From: an uncultured cyanobacterium
GTDB taxonomy: Bacteria; Cyanobacteriota; Cyanobacteriia; Cyanobacteriales; CAWCAG01
Reading direction: 5' to 3'
Length of the DNA stretch: 64,000 nt
Assembly: GCA_963793425.1 (NCBI GenBank)
Contig: CAWCAG010000005.1
Span: 800,001 to 864,000 of the forward strand
Positions within the stretch are counted from its first letter, which is position 1, and the number at the start of each line of letters is the position of its first letter. This document shows positions 10,688-21,726 of this stretch, in pieces. The notes below the pieces were generated by a model, which ran no database searches, had not been told where the DNA came from, and saw only the letters and a program-made list of their open reading frames with translations. The position numbers were made by a program, and so were the translations under genes.

Positions 10688-10873
10688 GAAGCTTTTTCGC
10701 AAGCCTGAACAATCCAGGATTACATTTTACCCCCCCAGTGGCGATCTATCTAAAGAAGCTCGGAAAAATACCATAGTCGGTAAATACACAATGGGAGAGC
10801 GGTTGTCTACACTAGAGTACTAAAGGAGAATCTGTCAAGATAATGGTAGTTCAATAAAAAAGCAGCATTTCTT

Positions 10874-11173
10874 ATGAAAATTTCTGTAGAGTCCATTTAT
10901 AATTGGTATCGCAATACTTTACGCAATCCTAAGTATCGTTGGTGGGTAATTTTAGGCTCCTTAATGTATGTTTTAAGCCCTATTGATCTTGCCCCGGATT
11001 TTCTGCCTATCGCTGGATTCATTGATGATGGTGTAGTGTTAACCCTATTAATTACTGAGTTATATCAACTAGCCCTCGATTTCGCCAAAAATCGCCAAAA
11101 TGTTTCTCAAGCAACCGATGAGAAAGCTGGCGGCAAAGATGCAGTTGATGTTGATGCCATTCCCGTTGATTAG
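10874..11173 (+). CDS. YkvA / DUF1232 membrane protein
   Basis: YVLSPIDLAPDFLPIAGFIDD signature. Confidence 0.9.
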   Translation: MKISVESIYNWYRNTLRNPKYRWWVILGSLMYVLSPIDLAPDFLPIAGFIDDGVVLTLLITELYQLALDFAKNRQNVSQATDEKAGGKDAVDVDAIPVD

Positions 11174-11220
11174 TTAAGGAAGTAGGGAGTTGGGGAGCTA
11201 GGGGGCTAGGGAGACAACAA

Positions 11221-12762
11221 CTAGTTGTTGGTCATTAACAGCTTCAAAACTTTCCATAAATACTGAGATAAAGTATGAGCATCCACACCTAACTCACTAC
11301 GTTCCTTTGCAGCCATAATTCCGGCTTGAGCGTGCCACCAGGCTGCTGTAGCAACTATAGCTTCTAAAGGATAATCAGAGGTCATTTGCTGCGCTAACAG
11401 ACCTCCTAGCAAGCCTGTGAGGACATCTCCACTACCTCCCCTGGCCAAAGCAGGGGTACTTTGAGGAACGACCCAAACCCTACCGTTAGGATGGGAAATT
11501 ATAGTTTTCGCACCTTTTAATAAAATTACTGTACTGCTTTTTTGAGCAGCTTCTTGTACCGCTTTGATTCTATCTTGGTCAGAATTAGCTGCATCAGGAA
11601 ATAAGCGTTCAAATTCTCCTAAATGAGGAGTTAGTATAGTTGAGGATTTTCTGAGCTTTAAAACCTCCATCGTCCCCATTTGAGCAACAATATTCAAACC
11701 GTCAGCATCTAAAACTAAAGGAATTTCAGTCTTGAGTACTGTTTGCACAACAGAGGTGGCATCTTTGGTTAAACCAGGGCCACAAGCGATCAGATTAAAC
11801 TGACTTAAATCAGCAATTTCTGAAGGAAGTTCGGCGATCGCCCCGGTTTCATTTTCCGGACAACCAATAACTAAAGCTTCTGGTAAATGACTAACCAATA
11901 TAGGTTTAAGAGATTCCGGGACAGCGATAGACAGCATTCCTACACCACTAGTCCTTGCCCCCAATGCTGTTAAAATTGCCCCTCCACTATAACGACGAGA
12001 ACCACAAATCAAGAGTAAATGCCCTTGTTTATATTTGTGGGTAATTTGTGGTCTAGGCAAAGGAAAATATTTAGTAATGTTACTGGCTACAGCAAGTTGA
12101 ATCGGTGGCGGCTTCCCCAAAACTGACCAGACATTTTTAGCCGGAATACCAAAACTGATTAACTCTGCCTTACCGATATAATCTAAAGCTTGATCTTGAT
12201 AAAAAGCTAGCTTCCATAAACCTAAACATAAAGTATGGGTTGCTTTTACCGCCGTACCAAGAATTTTTCCTGTATCTGTATCAATACCTGAAGGTAAATC
12301 AATACTAACTACGGGTTGATTCCAAAAATTAAGTTGATTAATATCCTCTGCTAGTTTGCCAGAAATAGACCGAGTTAAGCCAAAACCAAACAGTCCATCA
12401 ATAATTAACTCACAGGTGTATAAAGCCTGAATCTGTTCAGAAGAAGGTATACCTAAACTCGCTGCGTAATTAGCATGACTTATTGTTAATTCCTTAAGCT
12501 TGCTGATAGGGCGATAGAGAAAAACTTGATAGCCGAGCAAATGTAGCTCTCTGGCCACAGCTAAAGCATCTCCTCCATTATGACCTGGGCCTACCAAAAC
12601 CCCAACGCGAGATACTTCAGAAAGAGGATAAAGTTCAATGACGCGAGTAACTATTAACCCCGAAACCTTCTCCATTAAAGCCGCCACGGGCATTCCCGCA
12701 TCAAAGATTTGCCCCTCGATTTGGCGCATTTGTTCGGCATTAACTACAACTTTATCGGTCAT
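11221..12762 (-). CDS. nnr: Bifunctional NAD(P)H-hydrate epimerase/dehydratase (YjeF/Nnr)
   Basis: GPGHNGGD, IDGLFGFG, DLPSG, then HKYKQG, LDADGL, TPHLGEF, LARGGSGDVLTG. Confidence 0.95.
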   Translation of the reverse strand: MTDKVVVNAEQMRQIEGQIFDAGMPVAALMEKVSGLIVTRVIELYPLSEVSRVGVLVGPGHNGGDALAVARELHLLGYQVFLYRPISKLKELTISHANYAASLGIPSSEQIQALYTCELIIDGLFGFGLTRSISGKLAEDINQLNFWNQPVVSIDLPSGIDTDTGKILGTAVKATHTLCLGLWKLAFYQDQALDYIGKAELISFGIPAKNVWSVLGKPPPIQLAVASNITKYFPLPRPQITHKYKQGHLLLICGSRRYSGGAILTALGARTSGVGMLSIAVPESLKPILVSHLPEALVIGCPENETGAIAELPSEIADLSQFNLIACGPGLTKDATSVVQTVLKTEIPLVLDADGLNIVAQMGTMEVLKLRKSSTILTPHLGEFERLFPDAANSDQDRIKAVQEAAQKSSTVILLKGAKTIISHPNGRVWVVPQSTPALARGGSGDVLTGLLGGLLAQQMTSDYPLEAIVATAAWWHAQAGIMAAKERSELGVDAHTLSQYLWKVLKLLMTNN

Positions 12763-12805
12763 AGATCTCAGTTATTACCTTGTCAATTATCTGTACTGTT
12801 GCCTT

Positions 12806-13729
12806 TTATTTATGGTACAAACGGGCATCCATACCAACCCAGTGAAAATAACTATTCCAGCGTTCTGCTAAAGACCGGGTAGCGAAGGGACCCACAGCAA
12901 CATGGGAACCGATAGGGCCTTGTTTTTGTCTAATGGAGCGTGAGTTTATCCCCGATTCTGCTACTTTAGCAGCAATCGTGGGTAAATCTTGGCGTGAGGC
13001 CGGAATAATTACAAAGTAACCTTTTTCCTCATTTCTTTGTTGAATATTGTTGCTGTTGTTGAGGACGGTGGGAGTTTCATTATTACTGGGGTTAACCTGG
13101 GGGACAGTGGGAGTTGTATCGTTGCTGGGGTTAACAGGGGGAGTTGGTTGAGGCTGACGATAAACTGGTGCGGGATAGCTAGTATTATTAGGTCTACTAA
13201 CAGCAACATCTACAGGTACAACCCTAGCCTGGAAACCTTGGCTTTCTAAAACTTCTACTCGGCGTTGGGCATTATATCTTTCTGAAAATAATCCTGCTTG
13301 AATTGTTCCTTCTTTACCTCGAATAAAAGCTTGTGGTTCAATATTTTGAATCTGAGTTAGCAAAAGTGAACTATCTCCTTCTACCTCAACTCGATAGTAA
13401 TCTGAATAAGTTGTACTAGGACTTGGTGTTGGAGTAGAGGGCCGACTATTAGGAAGAGGTATTGTAGGTACTTGATAGTCAGGCTCTTGGTTATTGTTTT
13501 CTGGTTTTGGGGTGATAGTTGGCGGTTGTTGAGGAGGAAAGTTAAGGTCGTTAGGGCCTGGGGGCAATTCTTCAATAATCAATGGAGGAGAAGGTGTATC
13601 TTGAGCTACACTGAAAGAAGAAGGAGCAATGAGTATATATCCTCCTAGAAGCATTGATAGCCAACTCAAGTAAATTCTCACTTGAGACATAGGTAAGGAA
13701 GTAAATTTCACTACTTTACTTTTATCCAT
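12806..13729 (-). CDS. Proline-rich exported protein with SPOR-like domains
   Basis: Signal-like N-terminus, Pro/Thr-rich linkers, IQAGLFS..NAQ and HVAVGPF..R..AE SPOR-like motifs. Confidence 0.6.
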   Translation of the reverse strand: MDKSKVVKFTSLPMSQVRIYLSWLSMLLGGYILIAPSSFSVAQDTPSPPLIIEELPPGPNDLNFPPQQPPTITPKPENNNQEPDYQVPTIPLPNSRPSTPTPSPSTTYSDYYRVEVEGDSSLLLTQIQNIEPQAFIRGKEGTIQAGLFSERYNAQRRVEVLESQGFQARVVPVDVAVSRPNNTSYPAPVYRQPQPTPPVNPSNDTTPTVPQVNPSNNETPTVLNNSNNIQQRNEEKGYFVIIPASRQDLPTIAAKVAESGINSRSIRQKQGPIGSHVAVGPFATRSLAERWNSYFHWVGMDARLYHK

Positions 13730-13864
13730 ATTCGTTACTTATTGCTATTTGCGATCGCAAGGTTATTGCTTATTTAGTATTAGGCTTGTCTGTGAATTTT
13801 AATCTTATTTAGATGTCAGGTTAAAAAAATTTAGTTCCTTAACAGCAGCAAAATTGATAATTCC

Positions 13865-14914
13865 ATGAAGAAAGTAGTAGTCGGACTCTCCGGCGGAGTA
13901 GATAGTTCTGTTGCAGCGGCTGTCCTCCATAACCAAAAATATGATGTAGTTGGTCTTACCCTTTGGTTAATGAAGGGTAAAGGGCAATGCTGTTCAGAAG
14001 GAATGGTTGATGCTGCTTTTATTTGTGAACAACTAGAAATTCCTCACCATATAGTTGACAGTCGAGAAGTTTTCCAAGCAAGTATAGTTGATTATTTGGT
14101 TTCTGGTTATGAAGCGGGGATTACCCCTTTACCTTGTTCTCAATGTAATCGGGCAGTTAAGTTTGGCCCCATGTTGAACTATGCTCAAAAAGAGTTGGGT
14201 ATTGACCGCATTGCTACTGGTCATTATGCCCGTATTCGCTACGATGAAAATAGTAAACGCTATCAGTTATTGAGGGCTGTTGATCGCAACAAAGACCAGT
14301 CTTATTTTCTTTACGATTTAACCCAAGAAATGTTAGCGGGAACCGTTTTTCCTTTAGGTGAACAAACTAAAGAAGAAACCCGACGTATTGCGAACCAGTT
14401 TAATTTAAAAACCGCTGACAAACCAGAAAGCCAAGACTTGTGCTTAATTGAGGCACATGGTTCCATGCAAAAATTCTTAGATCGCTACATTAACCAAAAA
14501 CAAGGAGATATTGTTGACCAAAAAGGTAATATCTTAGGGTATCACCAAGGAGTTCATCACTATACCATTGGGCAAAGGAAAGGTTTAGGTATTGCTGCGG
14601 CTGAGCCATTATATGTCCTTGCCTTGGATGCTGTTATGAATCGAGTTATCGTCGGCGATCGCGCTAGTGGAGGGCAAGAAGAATGTACAGTTAGTAGGAT
14701 GAATTGGGTTTCTCTAGCTCAACCAACTACTCCCTTTAAAACTCAAGTACAAATACGGTATCGTTCTTCTGCTGTTGCGGTTCAGGTTATTTCTTTAGAA
14801 AACTCTCGCCTCAAATTGGTATTTGACGAACCTCAGTTTGGTGTTACTCCCGGACAAGCGGCTGTGTTTTACGATGGGGAAATTCTTCTTGGTGGTGGCA
14901 TTATTGAAAAATAG
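13865..14914 (+). CDS. mnmA: tRNA 2-thiouridine(34) synthase MnmA
   Basis: SGGVDS PP-loop, [33 protein letters not shown]. Confidence 0.97.
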   Translation: MKKVVVGLSGGVDSSVAAAVLHNQKYDVVGLTLWLMKGKGQCCSEGMVDAAFICEQLEIPHHIVDSREVFQASIVDYLVSGYEAGITPLPCSQCNRAVKFGPMLNYAQKELGIDRIATGHYARIRYDENSKRYQLLRAVDRNKDQSYFLYDLTQEMLAGTVFPLGEQTKEETRRIANQFNLKTADKPESQDLCLIEAHGSMQKFLDRYINQKQGDIVDQKGNILGYHQGVHHYTIGQRKGLGIAAAEPLYVLALDAVMNRVIVGDRASGGQEECTVSRMNWVSLAQPTTPFKTQVQIRYRSSAVAVQVISLENSRLKLVFDEPQFGVTPGQAAVFYDGEILLGGGIIEK

Positions 14915-14952
14915 AGGCAACTGAAATTTAAGAGTAATATTATAGAAAAACA

Positions 14953-16167
14953 ATGTACTCAAAACTGAGTTCGTTAGTTAAACAAACCTTGCCCAATCCA
15001 CCAGACATCAAAAGGGCAAAGCGACTCCATCAAGAATTGTGGAATGATGCGGGCTGGGATACAGATTATGTGGTTTTGACCCATACTTCTTGTTTAATTG
15101 CTACCTTTGGTTTGATTAGCAATAGTGCTGCGGTAATTATTGGGGCAATGTTGGTGGCTCCTTTGATGTTACCTCTAAGAGGGTTAGCTTTTAGCGCTTT
15201 GGAAGGGGATTTATCGTTATTTCGTAAGGCTTTGCTAGCCATCATGGGAGGAACTCTTATCTCCATTGTTTTATCTTCTCTAATTGGCTTAATTGCCGGC
15301 ATTCCAGAATTTCAGTCAGAAATTCTCAATCGTACCCAGCCCAACTTAATTGACTTAGGCATTGCTGTGGCCGCAGGCTTAATTAGTGGTTTTGCTAAAT
15401 TGCGTCCTCGACTCAGCGATGCTTTAGCTGGAACCGCTATTTCAGTAGCTTTGATGCCTCCTTTATGTGTCGTTGGTTTGTCTCTCTCCCAAGGTTACGC
15501 TTCTTTAGCCACAGGAGCATTTCTACTCTACGTTACTAACCTTTTGGGTATTACCCTAGCTTGTATGCTGGTTTTTATCATTGCTGGCTATGCCAAAATG
15601 AACCACGCTTTGGGTGTCACTTTTGGTTTAACTGCGATTTTAGTTTTTCCTTTAGGAGCTAGTTTTTTACAGCTAGTTGAAAAAGCTCAGTTAGAAAAAG
15701 CCATTCAAGATAAATTAGTTCGAGAAACTGTTACGGTGGGGCAACAAGAAGTAGAACTATTAAGAACAAAAGTGAATTGGACTACTCAGCCTCCTATAGT
15801 TTATCTCAGCTTGCAAGTAGGAAAACAACAGGGAAAAGAAGAAGTTGAAATTACCCCCAAGCAAGTTCAGGAAGTTGAAAAATTTATCTCCGCAGCAACA
15901 AGCAAAAATTTTGAGCTGGTTTTTCTCGTTAATGATGTCAAAATCATTACTGCCCAAGAATATCAGCAAGTAGAACCAGAACAAGTGCCTATAACGCAAT
16001 CAGAACCTTTACAAAAAGATATTAAACCTCAGCCTTCAGAAGAAAAAGCAGTCCCGGAAACTTCACCTCAAGAACAACTAAAGGAAAGCCCAACAGCCGA
16101 AACTTCTCCGGAAGTTGAACCCAAAAAAGAACCAAAGGAAATTCTCCCACCTTTAATTCCGCAGTAA
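14953..16167 (+). CDS. DUF389 membrane protein
   Basis: NSAAVIIGAMLVAPLM and GTAISVALMPPL motifs. Confidence 0.9.
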   Translation: MYSKLSSLVKQTLPNPPDIKRAKRLHQELWNDAGWDTDYVVLTHTSCLIATFGLISNSAAVIIGAMLVAPLMLPLRGLAFSALEGDLSLFRKALLAIMGGTLISIVLSSLIGLIAGIPEFQSEILNRTQPNLIDLGIAVAAGLISGFAKLRPRLSDALAGTAISVALMPPLCVVGLSLSQGYASLATGAFLLYVTNLLGITLACMLVFIIAGYAKMNHALGVTFGLTAILVFPLGASFLQLVEKAQLEKAIQDKLVRETVTVGQQEVELLRTKVNWTTQPPIVYLSLQVGKQQGKEEVEITPKQVQEVEKFISAATSKNFELVFLVNDVKIITAQEYQQVEPEQVPITQSEPLQKDIKPQPSEEKAVPETSPQEQLKESPTAETSPEVEPKKEPKEILPPLIPQ

Positions 16168-16297
16168 AATGTGTTTGCTTTGTTGTCATTGGAAATCGAA
16201 CACAACTTATACAAAAAAAGAACATTAAGCGAACGCGATCACAAATCCCCATCTCTGATACTGAGTTTAATGAGTAAAATGAAGCTTGGAATCTACT

Positions 16298-16789
16298 ATG
16301 ACGCTTCTCCAGAAGAATTCTAATACCAACCAAAGAAATGCTTGCTACTTCACTCCTAAGCAGTTATTGAAGCAATATTTAGCGGGAGAGAGAGACTTTC
16401 GCAAGATTGTTTTTAGTAATTTGATTCTCCGTTGGAGTGATCTCCAAGAAATAGATTTAAGCGAAGCTTGCCTTCATCTTTCTATTTTAGAAGGTTCTAA
16501 CTTCTCCAAAAGCAACCTAGTAAAAGCTGATTTGAGTAAAGCTAGCCTTGTTGCTGCGGATTTAAGTCAAGCTGATTTGAGGTCGGCTAATCTTCAAGAA
16601 GCTAATTTAAACGGGGCTAACTTAACCGGTGCGAATTTAACTGGTGCTAACCTCTCAGGAATCAACTTAGCACAGGCAGATTTAACTGATGCAATTATGC
16701 CCAATGGACAAATTTATGCCCATAGGAAAATAGCTTTTGCCAAACGTAGTTCCCGATTATTATCTTTATGGCAACAAGCTTGCGCTTAA
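16298..16789 (+). CDS. Pentapeptide repeat protein
   Basis: LLKQYLAGERDF N-cap followed by A(D/N)L repeats and AIMPNG. Confidence 0.88.
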   Translation: MTLLQKNSNTNQRNACYFTPKQLLKQYLAGERDFRKIVFSNLILRWSDLQEIDLSEACLHLSILEGSNFSKSNLVKADLSKASLVAADLSQADLRSANLQEANLNGANLTGANLTGANLSGINLAQADLTDAIMPNGQIYAHRKIAFAKRSSRLLSLWQQACA

Positions 16790-16868
16790 GAAGACAGTAG
16801 GGAGCATAAAAACCTGAAAAGCAAACCCACCTAGCAAGCTTTCTCCTGCTCCCTGCTCCCCCTAACTC

Positions 16869-19475
16869 TCACTTTGATGTCATAGTCCAAACTCCATCCC
16901 AATCTCCATCTGGAGGCTCAGCTAGGAAATGCTGACAGCGCTCCATATGTAGCTTGGCTGCTTTATTATCTTTATCTATACCCATAACTTGGGCAAACTT
17001 ACCTACTGCACCAACAAAGTCGCGGCTGAGGTAAAGCTTTCTACCTTCATGATAAAATTCAACAATTTGCTCTTGTTGGGGGGAAAGGGTATCTCCTTTT
17101 TTACCTAGCAATTCGTAAACAGATACAGGTAAGTTCTTTCCTTTAACTTTAATACGATCCAACTCTCTTACAATTACTTGGTCGCGACAAGGTTCATAAG
17201 TATTTTCGCTAATAATAATATCGCAGCCATATTGCTTACTGGCGCTTTCTAAGCGGGAGCTTAAGTTTACTCCATCACCAATGGCAGTGAACTCCATCCG
17301 CTTACTAGAACCGATGTTACCACTGATTACTGAGCCAGAGTTGATCCCAATACCAATACGGATAGGAACCTTATTTTCTTTTAACCTTGCTTCATTGAAT
17401 ATTTCTAAGCGTTCACGCATTTCTAAGGCCGTTTGTACAGCTTTCCAGGCATGATCTTCTAAGGGTAAAGGAGAGCCGAAAACGGCCATAATTGCGTCGC
17501 CGATATATTTATCTAAGGTTCCTTTATGCTTAAATACTGCCTCAACCATACTTTCAAAGTAACCGTTGAGCATACCCACAACTTCTTCAGCTTTGAGTTT
17601 CTCTGTCAAGCTGGTGTAGCTACGAATGTCAGAAAAGAGGACGGTTACTTCTTTGCGATCGCCCCCTAATTTCGCATCCCCTAGTTTGAGTAACTCTTCA
17701 GCTAATTCTTGGGTCATGTAACGGTACATAGTACTCTTGAGGCGCTTTTCATCAGAAATATCCTCCATAACCACTAAAGCCCCATAAACATTGCTAGCAT
17801 CCCTAGCATCGCTGATGGAGTTAATGGAGAGGTTAACGCTATGTTCTTCTTCGTCTGCGAGTAAGGTACGATCTGGATAATACTGTTCTCGACTAGAGCG
17901 ATCGTCACTAGGAGATAGGGCTTTATTAAACCAGCCTGCAAATTTCCCTTCTTTGATATTAATCAAATCAACGACCTTTTGCCCTTCTAGAGCTTCTAGA
18001 TCGTCAAAGCCTAATAAATATTTTGCTCTTTCATTAGCAGCGATAATACGTCCTGCTTTATCTGTAGAAATCACTCCGTTAGTTAAACTCCGCAAGATAT
18101 CCCTCTGCATTTGTTCTTGCTGTTTAACTTGGTTGAAAAGCTTAGCATTTTGTAGGGCTACCCCAGCTTGAATGTTGAAAGCTTTCATGAATTCTTGGTC
18201 ACTGCCATTAAAACTCGCTTTCCAACATTCGGGGGCTTCAGGCCAGGTATCAGGATCGTAAGGAGGATATTCTCCTTGCCGCTTTTTGTTTAATAGTTGG
18301 GTGACACCAATTAATTTACCGTCGGCATTGAACACAGGCATACAGAGAAGACTACAGGTACGATATCCTGTTTTCGGATCAGTTTTCTTAGCATTTTCTG
18401 CATCGGGATGGTTATAAAGGTCAAAACCAATGTTGAGAATTTCTCCTGTTTCTCCTACTTTCCCTGCAAATCCGACACCAACGGAAACTCGGATTTCTTT
18501 TAAAGACCCGCCGGGCATGGGGATCTTTGTCCAGAGGTCGTTTTTATCTTCATCAATTAACCAAAGTGTGCTACGGTCAGCACTCATCAGCTTTTTGGCT
18601 GCATCCATCACTGTTCTTAAGGTGGCATCTAAATCTAAGCTGCCCTTACTCAAGGAGTTAGTGGCCTCAATTAAAGCATTGGCTGCCCGCTGTCTTTGAG
18701 TCGCTTTATAAAAAGAGCGGGAAGATTCTAATATGAGTTGAATTGAGGTGGCAAATTCATTAAATAATTTAACGTCTTCCTCTGTAAATCCTTCTTTGTT
18801 AACCTTCTCGTCTAAAGGAGCATCAGGAGTTACATCAGGCTGTAATTTATTAATTAACTGCACTACAGCCACTAGTTTTTGCTGGGTGTCGAGTAGAGGC
18901 AAAACTAGCATCGTATAGGTACGATAGCCATTTTTTTTGTCGAATTTTTTCGCTGAGGCTGAGCGGTAGTCGTCATAAAAATCGTAGGGGATGTTGACAA
19001 CTTCTTTAGATTCAGCTACTGCTCCGGCAATACCTATACCAATAGGAATACGAATTTCTATTGGTTTACCATCTTCTCCCTTCGCCACAATAGAAACTAG
19101 TTCATCTTCATCATCATCTAATAAGTAAATGGTAGTTCGATCAGCCCCTAACAATTCTCCAGTTTTCAAGGAGATGGACTGCAACATTTCATCAAGAATG
19201 GCATCAAAACCCTGGCTATCCAGCACATTATCTAGCATGGATAGGGTTTGATTCACGATACGCAGTTTGTCTTCTACGCCATCAACAACTTCTTCAAAAG
19301 ATTCTTTACCTAAAGGAGCAAGGAAGGTCGAAAAACTGCCTCCTGTTGTGGCTAAGGAACTGCCAGAAGAGGATTGATTGACATTATGATGATTTTCGCC
19401 GCCTACGACTTCAGCTTCTAGGGTTTGACCGTCGTGTGGTTTTAAAGATGAGGATTGAGAAGATGCAGCAGTCAT
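16869..19475 (-). CDS. Adenylate cyclase, GAF-GAF-PAS-class III catalytic domain (CyaB1-like)
   Basis: Two GAF domains with NK..F..D motifs, a PAS domain, catalytic FSDIRSYT, DKYIGDAIMA and GDGVNLSSRLE. Confidence 0.93.
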   Translation of the reverse strand: MTAASSQSSSLKPHDGQTLEAEVVGGENHHNVNQSSSGSSLATTGGSFSTFLAPLGKESFEEVVDGVEDKLRIVNQTLSMLDNVLDSQGFDAILDEMLQSISLKTGELLGADRTTIYLLDDDEDELVSIVAKGEDGKPIEIRIPIGIGIAGAVAESKEVVNIPYDFYDDYRSASAKKFDKKNGYRTYTMLVLPLLDTQQKLVAVVQLINKLQPDVTPDAPLDEKVNKEGFTEEDVKLFNEFATSIQLILESSRSFYKATQRQRAANALIEATNSLSKGSLDLDATLRTVMDAAKKLMSADRSTLWLIDEDKNDLWTKIPMPGGSLKEIRVSVGVGFAGKVGETGEILNIGFDLYNHPDAENAKKTDPKTGYRTCSLLCMPVFNADGKLIGVTQLLNKKRQGEYPPYDPDTWPEAPECWKASFNGSDQEFMKAFNIQAGVALQNAKLFNQVKQQEQMQRDILRSLTNGVISTDKAGRIIAANERAKYLLGFDDLEALEGQKVVDLINIKEGKFAGWFNKALSPSDDRSSREQYYPDRTLLADEEEHSVNLSINSISDARDASNVYGALVVMEDISDEKRLKSTMYRYMTQELAEELLKLGDAKLGGDRKEVTVLFSDIRSYTSLTEKLKAEEVVGMLNGYFESMVEAVFKHKGTLDKYIGDAIMAVFGSPLPLEDHAWKAVQTALEMRERLEIFNEARLKENKVPIRIGIGINSGSVISGNIGSSKRMEFTAIGDGVNLSSRLESASKQYGCDIIISENTYEPCRDQVIVRELDRIKVKGKNLPVSVYELLGKKGDTLSPQQEQIVEFYHEGRKLYLSRDFVGAVGKFAQVMGIDKDNKAAKLHMERCQHFLAEPPDGDWDGVWTMTSK

Positions 19476-19788
19476 ATCTCTTCACGAAAACTTGGGTGAG
19501 AATGTAAAAATACTTAAGCAAATGAGCGTACTTTAAAGGGAATTAATTTTCAAGCTAAGGGTTTTCCTCTGAATATATAGATAAACTAATCCCTAGTGTA
19601 CTCTTATGAATTTATTTTGAACACTAATTCAACTTTGATGTTTTAGCAACAGTATTATTAATATTAGTTTGCCATGGTTACAATCAATCCTTAATTTCTG
19701 GCTAATTTGTAGATACAAAGCGAAAAAATTAGGTCAGAGCTTAATTTATCCCTAGTTTTTCTTGACTCCAGTTTATTTTTCCCATTAT

Positions 19789-21588
19789 CTAATCACTAAC
19801 TGCTAATTTCTGCTCCTGACGATGGGCAGCAGCTTTAGAGAGTAGAGACTCAGCAAAAGCCATAGCTTCTTGAGCCGATTGTCCTCCAGCTAATTGAGCT
19901 AGTTCTTCTTGGCGACGCAGGCTGTCTTTTAAGCTGGTAACTCTAACCACAGTGCGAATCTCTGGTGTTTCTGAAACAAATTCGCTTTGAGGGATTTTGT
20001 TACTCTTAGCTTCTCTTTGCCCTAAAGATAAGCGATCAATAACTTCCTTGTCTACCCGGAAGTGAACATCTGCCATTGCTGCAATTAGGGGTTGGTGGGT
20101 GACGCAAAGAATTTGGTGGTTTTGACTTAGTTGATGGAGTTTTTCGGCAATCGCTTGAGCTACTCTACCAGAAACCCCGGTATCTATTTCGTCAAAGACT
20201 AGAGTGGCAGCATTTTCTTCAGAATCAGTAAAACAGGCTTTTAATGCTAATAAAAAGCGGCTCATTTCTCCTCCTGAAGCCGTTGAAGATAGGGGCTGTA
20301 GCTTTTCACCAGGATTAGGACTAAACTGAAAAATAACGCGATCCCCGCCGGAATAACTAGGGTCATTAGGGGTGATTTGGCACTCAAATTTTACCTTTTC
20401 CATTGCTAAAGGTTTAAGTTCCGCAATTAACCTTTTTTCCAATTGCACCGCTGCTTTTTGTCGCAATTTAGTTAGTTTTTGGCAGTCCTTTGTTAATTTT
20501 TCCTGACATTGGGCGTATTCTTGTTCTAATACCTCTAGGGCTTGGCTATCATCGGTGAGTTCTTCTAATTCTGCTTGAAGCTTACGATAATAGGCGATCA
20601 CTTCAGGAAGGTTGGGGCCATATTTGCGGCAAATTTGTTTGAGTAGGCTAACCCTTTCTTCCAAGATGGCTAGTTGTTCGGGATCGGTTTCTAGACTATC
20701 TCCGTAGGCATTTATTTGCTGTCCTGCGGCTACAACTTCCATGAAAGCGCCTTTGATGGTTTCTAAAAGCGGTTCCAAACTACGATCATATTCTGCCATC
20801 TCCGTTAAGATAGCTTCTCCTTTACCCAAAAGATCCGCTACAGCTACTCCATCACTATCATTTTGATAAAGCAGTTGATAAGTTTGGTAACTTAGGTTTT
20901 GCAGTTCAACGACATGGGAAAGCCGATCTCTTTCTATTTCTAATTTGCTTAATTCGTCGGGATCACTCAAATTAGCTTCTGCTAGTTCCTGAGTTTGGTA
21001 TTCTAGCCAATCTAGCCTTTGCAAGCGCTCTTGTTCTGATTGGCGGCGTTTAACTAGGGCTTGTTGTGCTTCTTGATAAACTTTATAGGTCTTACCGACT
21101 TTCTGTCTTTGTTTGAGCAGAGGTTCACCTCCATAATAATCTAGTAGTTGTCGCTGAATAGCTGGGACCATAAGCTGTACAGTTTGACCCTGGGCTGTAA
21201 TTTCTACTAAACGAGGGCGCAGTTGTTCCATAAAAGCGCGATTAACCAAAACACCGTTGACACGAGAGCGCGATCGCAAGCTCCCTTTGCCAACGGCAAT
21301 TTCTCGACAACAAATGATACTCCCTTCATCTAGGGGATCAATTTCTTGCTCTTGTAACCATTCTTCTAAAGCCCTGTCTACTTGAAAGGTTGCTTCGACT
21401 ATGGCTTTTTTAGTGCCGGTGCGAATTAAGCGATTATTTACCCTTCCTCCTAAGACAACATCAATGGCATCGAGAATAATTGACTTACCCGCACCAGTTT
21501 CGCCAGTTAAAACATTGATACCAGTTCCTAAATCTACCTCTAGGTGGTCAATCAAAGCAAAATTACGGATTTGCAAGGAAAGAAGCAT
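19789..21588 (-). CDS. recN: DNA repair protein RecN
   Basis: Walker A TGETGAGKS, coiled coil, ASGGEMSR signature, FDEIDTGVSG, VTHQP. Confidence 0.97.
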   Translation of the reverse strand: MLLSLQIRNFALIDHLEVDLGTGINVLTGETGAGKSIILDAIDVVLGGRVNNRLIRTGTKKAIVEATFQVDRALEEWLQEQEIDPLDEGSIICCREIAVGKGSLRSRSRVNGVLVNRAFMEQLRPRLVEITAQGQTVQLMVPAIQRQLLDYYGGEPLLKQRQKVGKTYKVYQEAQQALVKRRQSEQERLQRLDWLEYQTQELAEANLSDPDELSKLEIERDRLSHVVELQNLSYQTYQLLYQNDSDGVAVADLLGKGEAILTEMAEYDRSLEPLLETIKGAFMEVVAAGQQINAYGDSLETDPEQLAILEERVSLLKQICRKYGPNLPEVIAYYRKLQAELEELTDDSQALEVLEQEYAQCQEKLTKDCQKLTKLRQKAAVQLEKRLIAELKPLAMEKVKFECQITPNDPSYSGGDRVIFQFSPNPGEKLQPLSSTASGGEMSRFLLALKACFTDSEENAATLVFDEIDTGVSGRVAQAIAEKLHQLSQNHQILCVTHQPLIAAMADVHFRVDKEVIDRLSLGQREAKSNKIPQSEFVSETPEIRTVVRVTSLKDSLRRQEELAQLAGGQSAQEAMAFAESLLSKAAAHRQEQKLAVSD

Positions 21589-21726
21589 TTAATTTCAGTT
21601 AAAAATCTATTTCTAAAGTTGTAGCGATCCCCATACAGGAAAAGTTTTTTTCATACTAACGTTGACAGCCAAGATTGTTACAATACTTCACAGGGAAAAA
21701 AGCTCGCGTTAGTTAATTTAAAGATT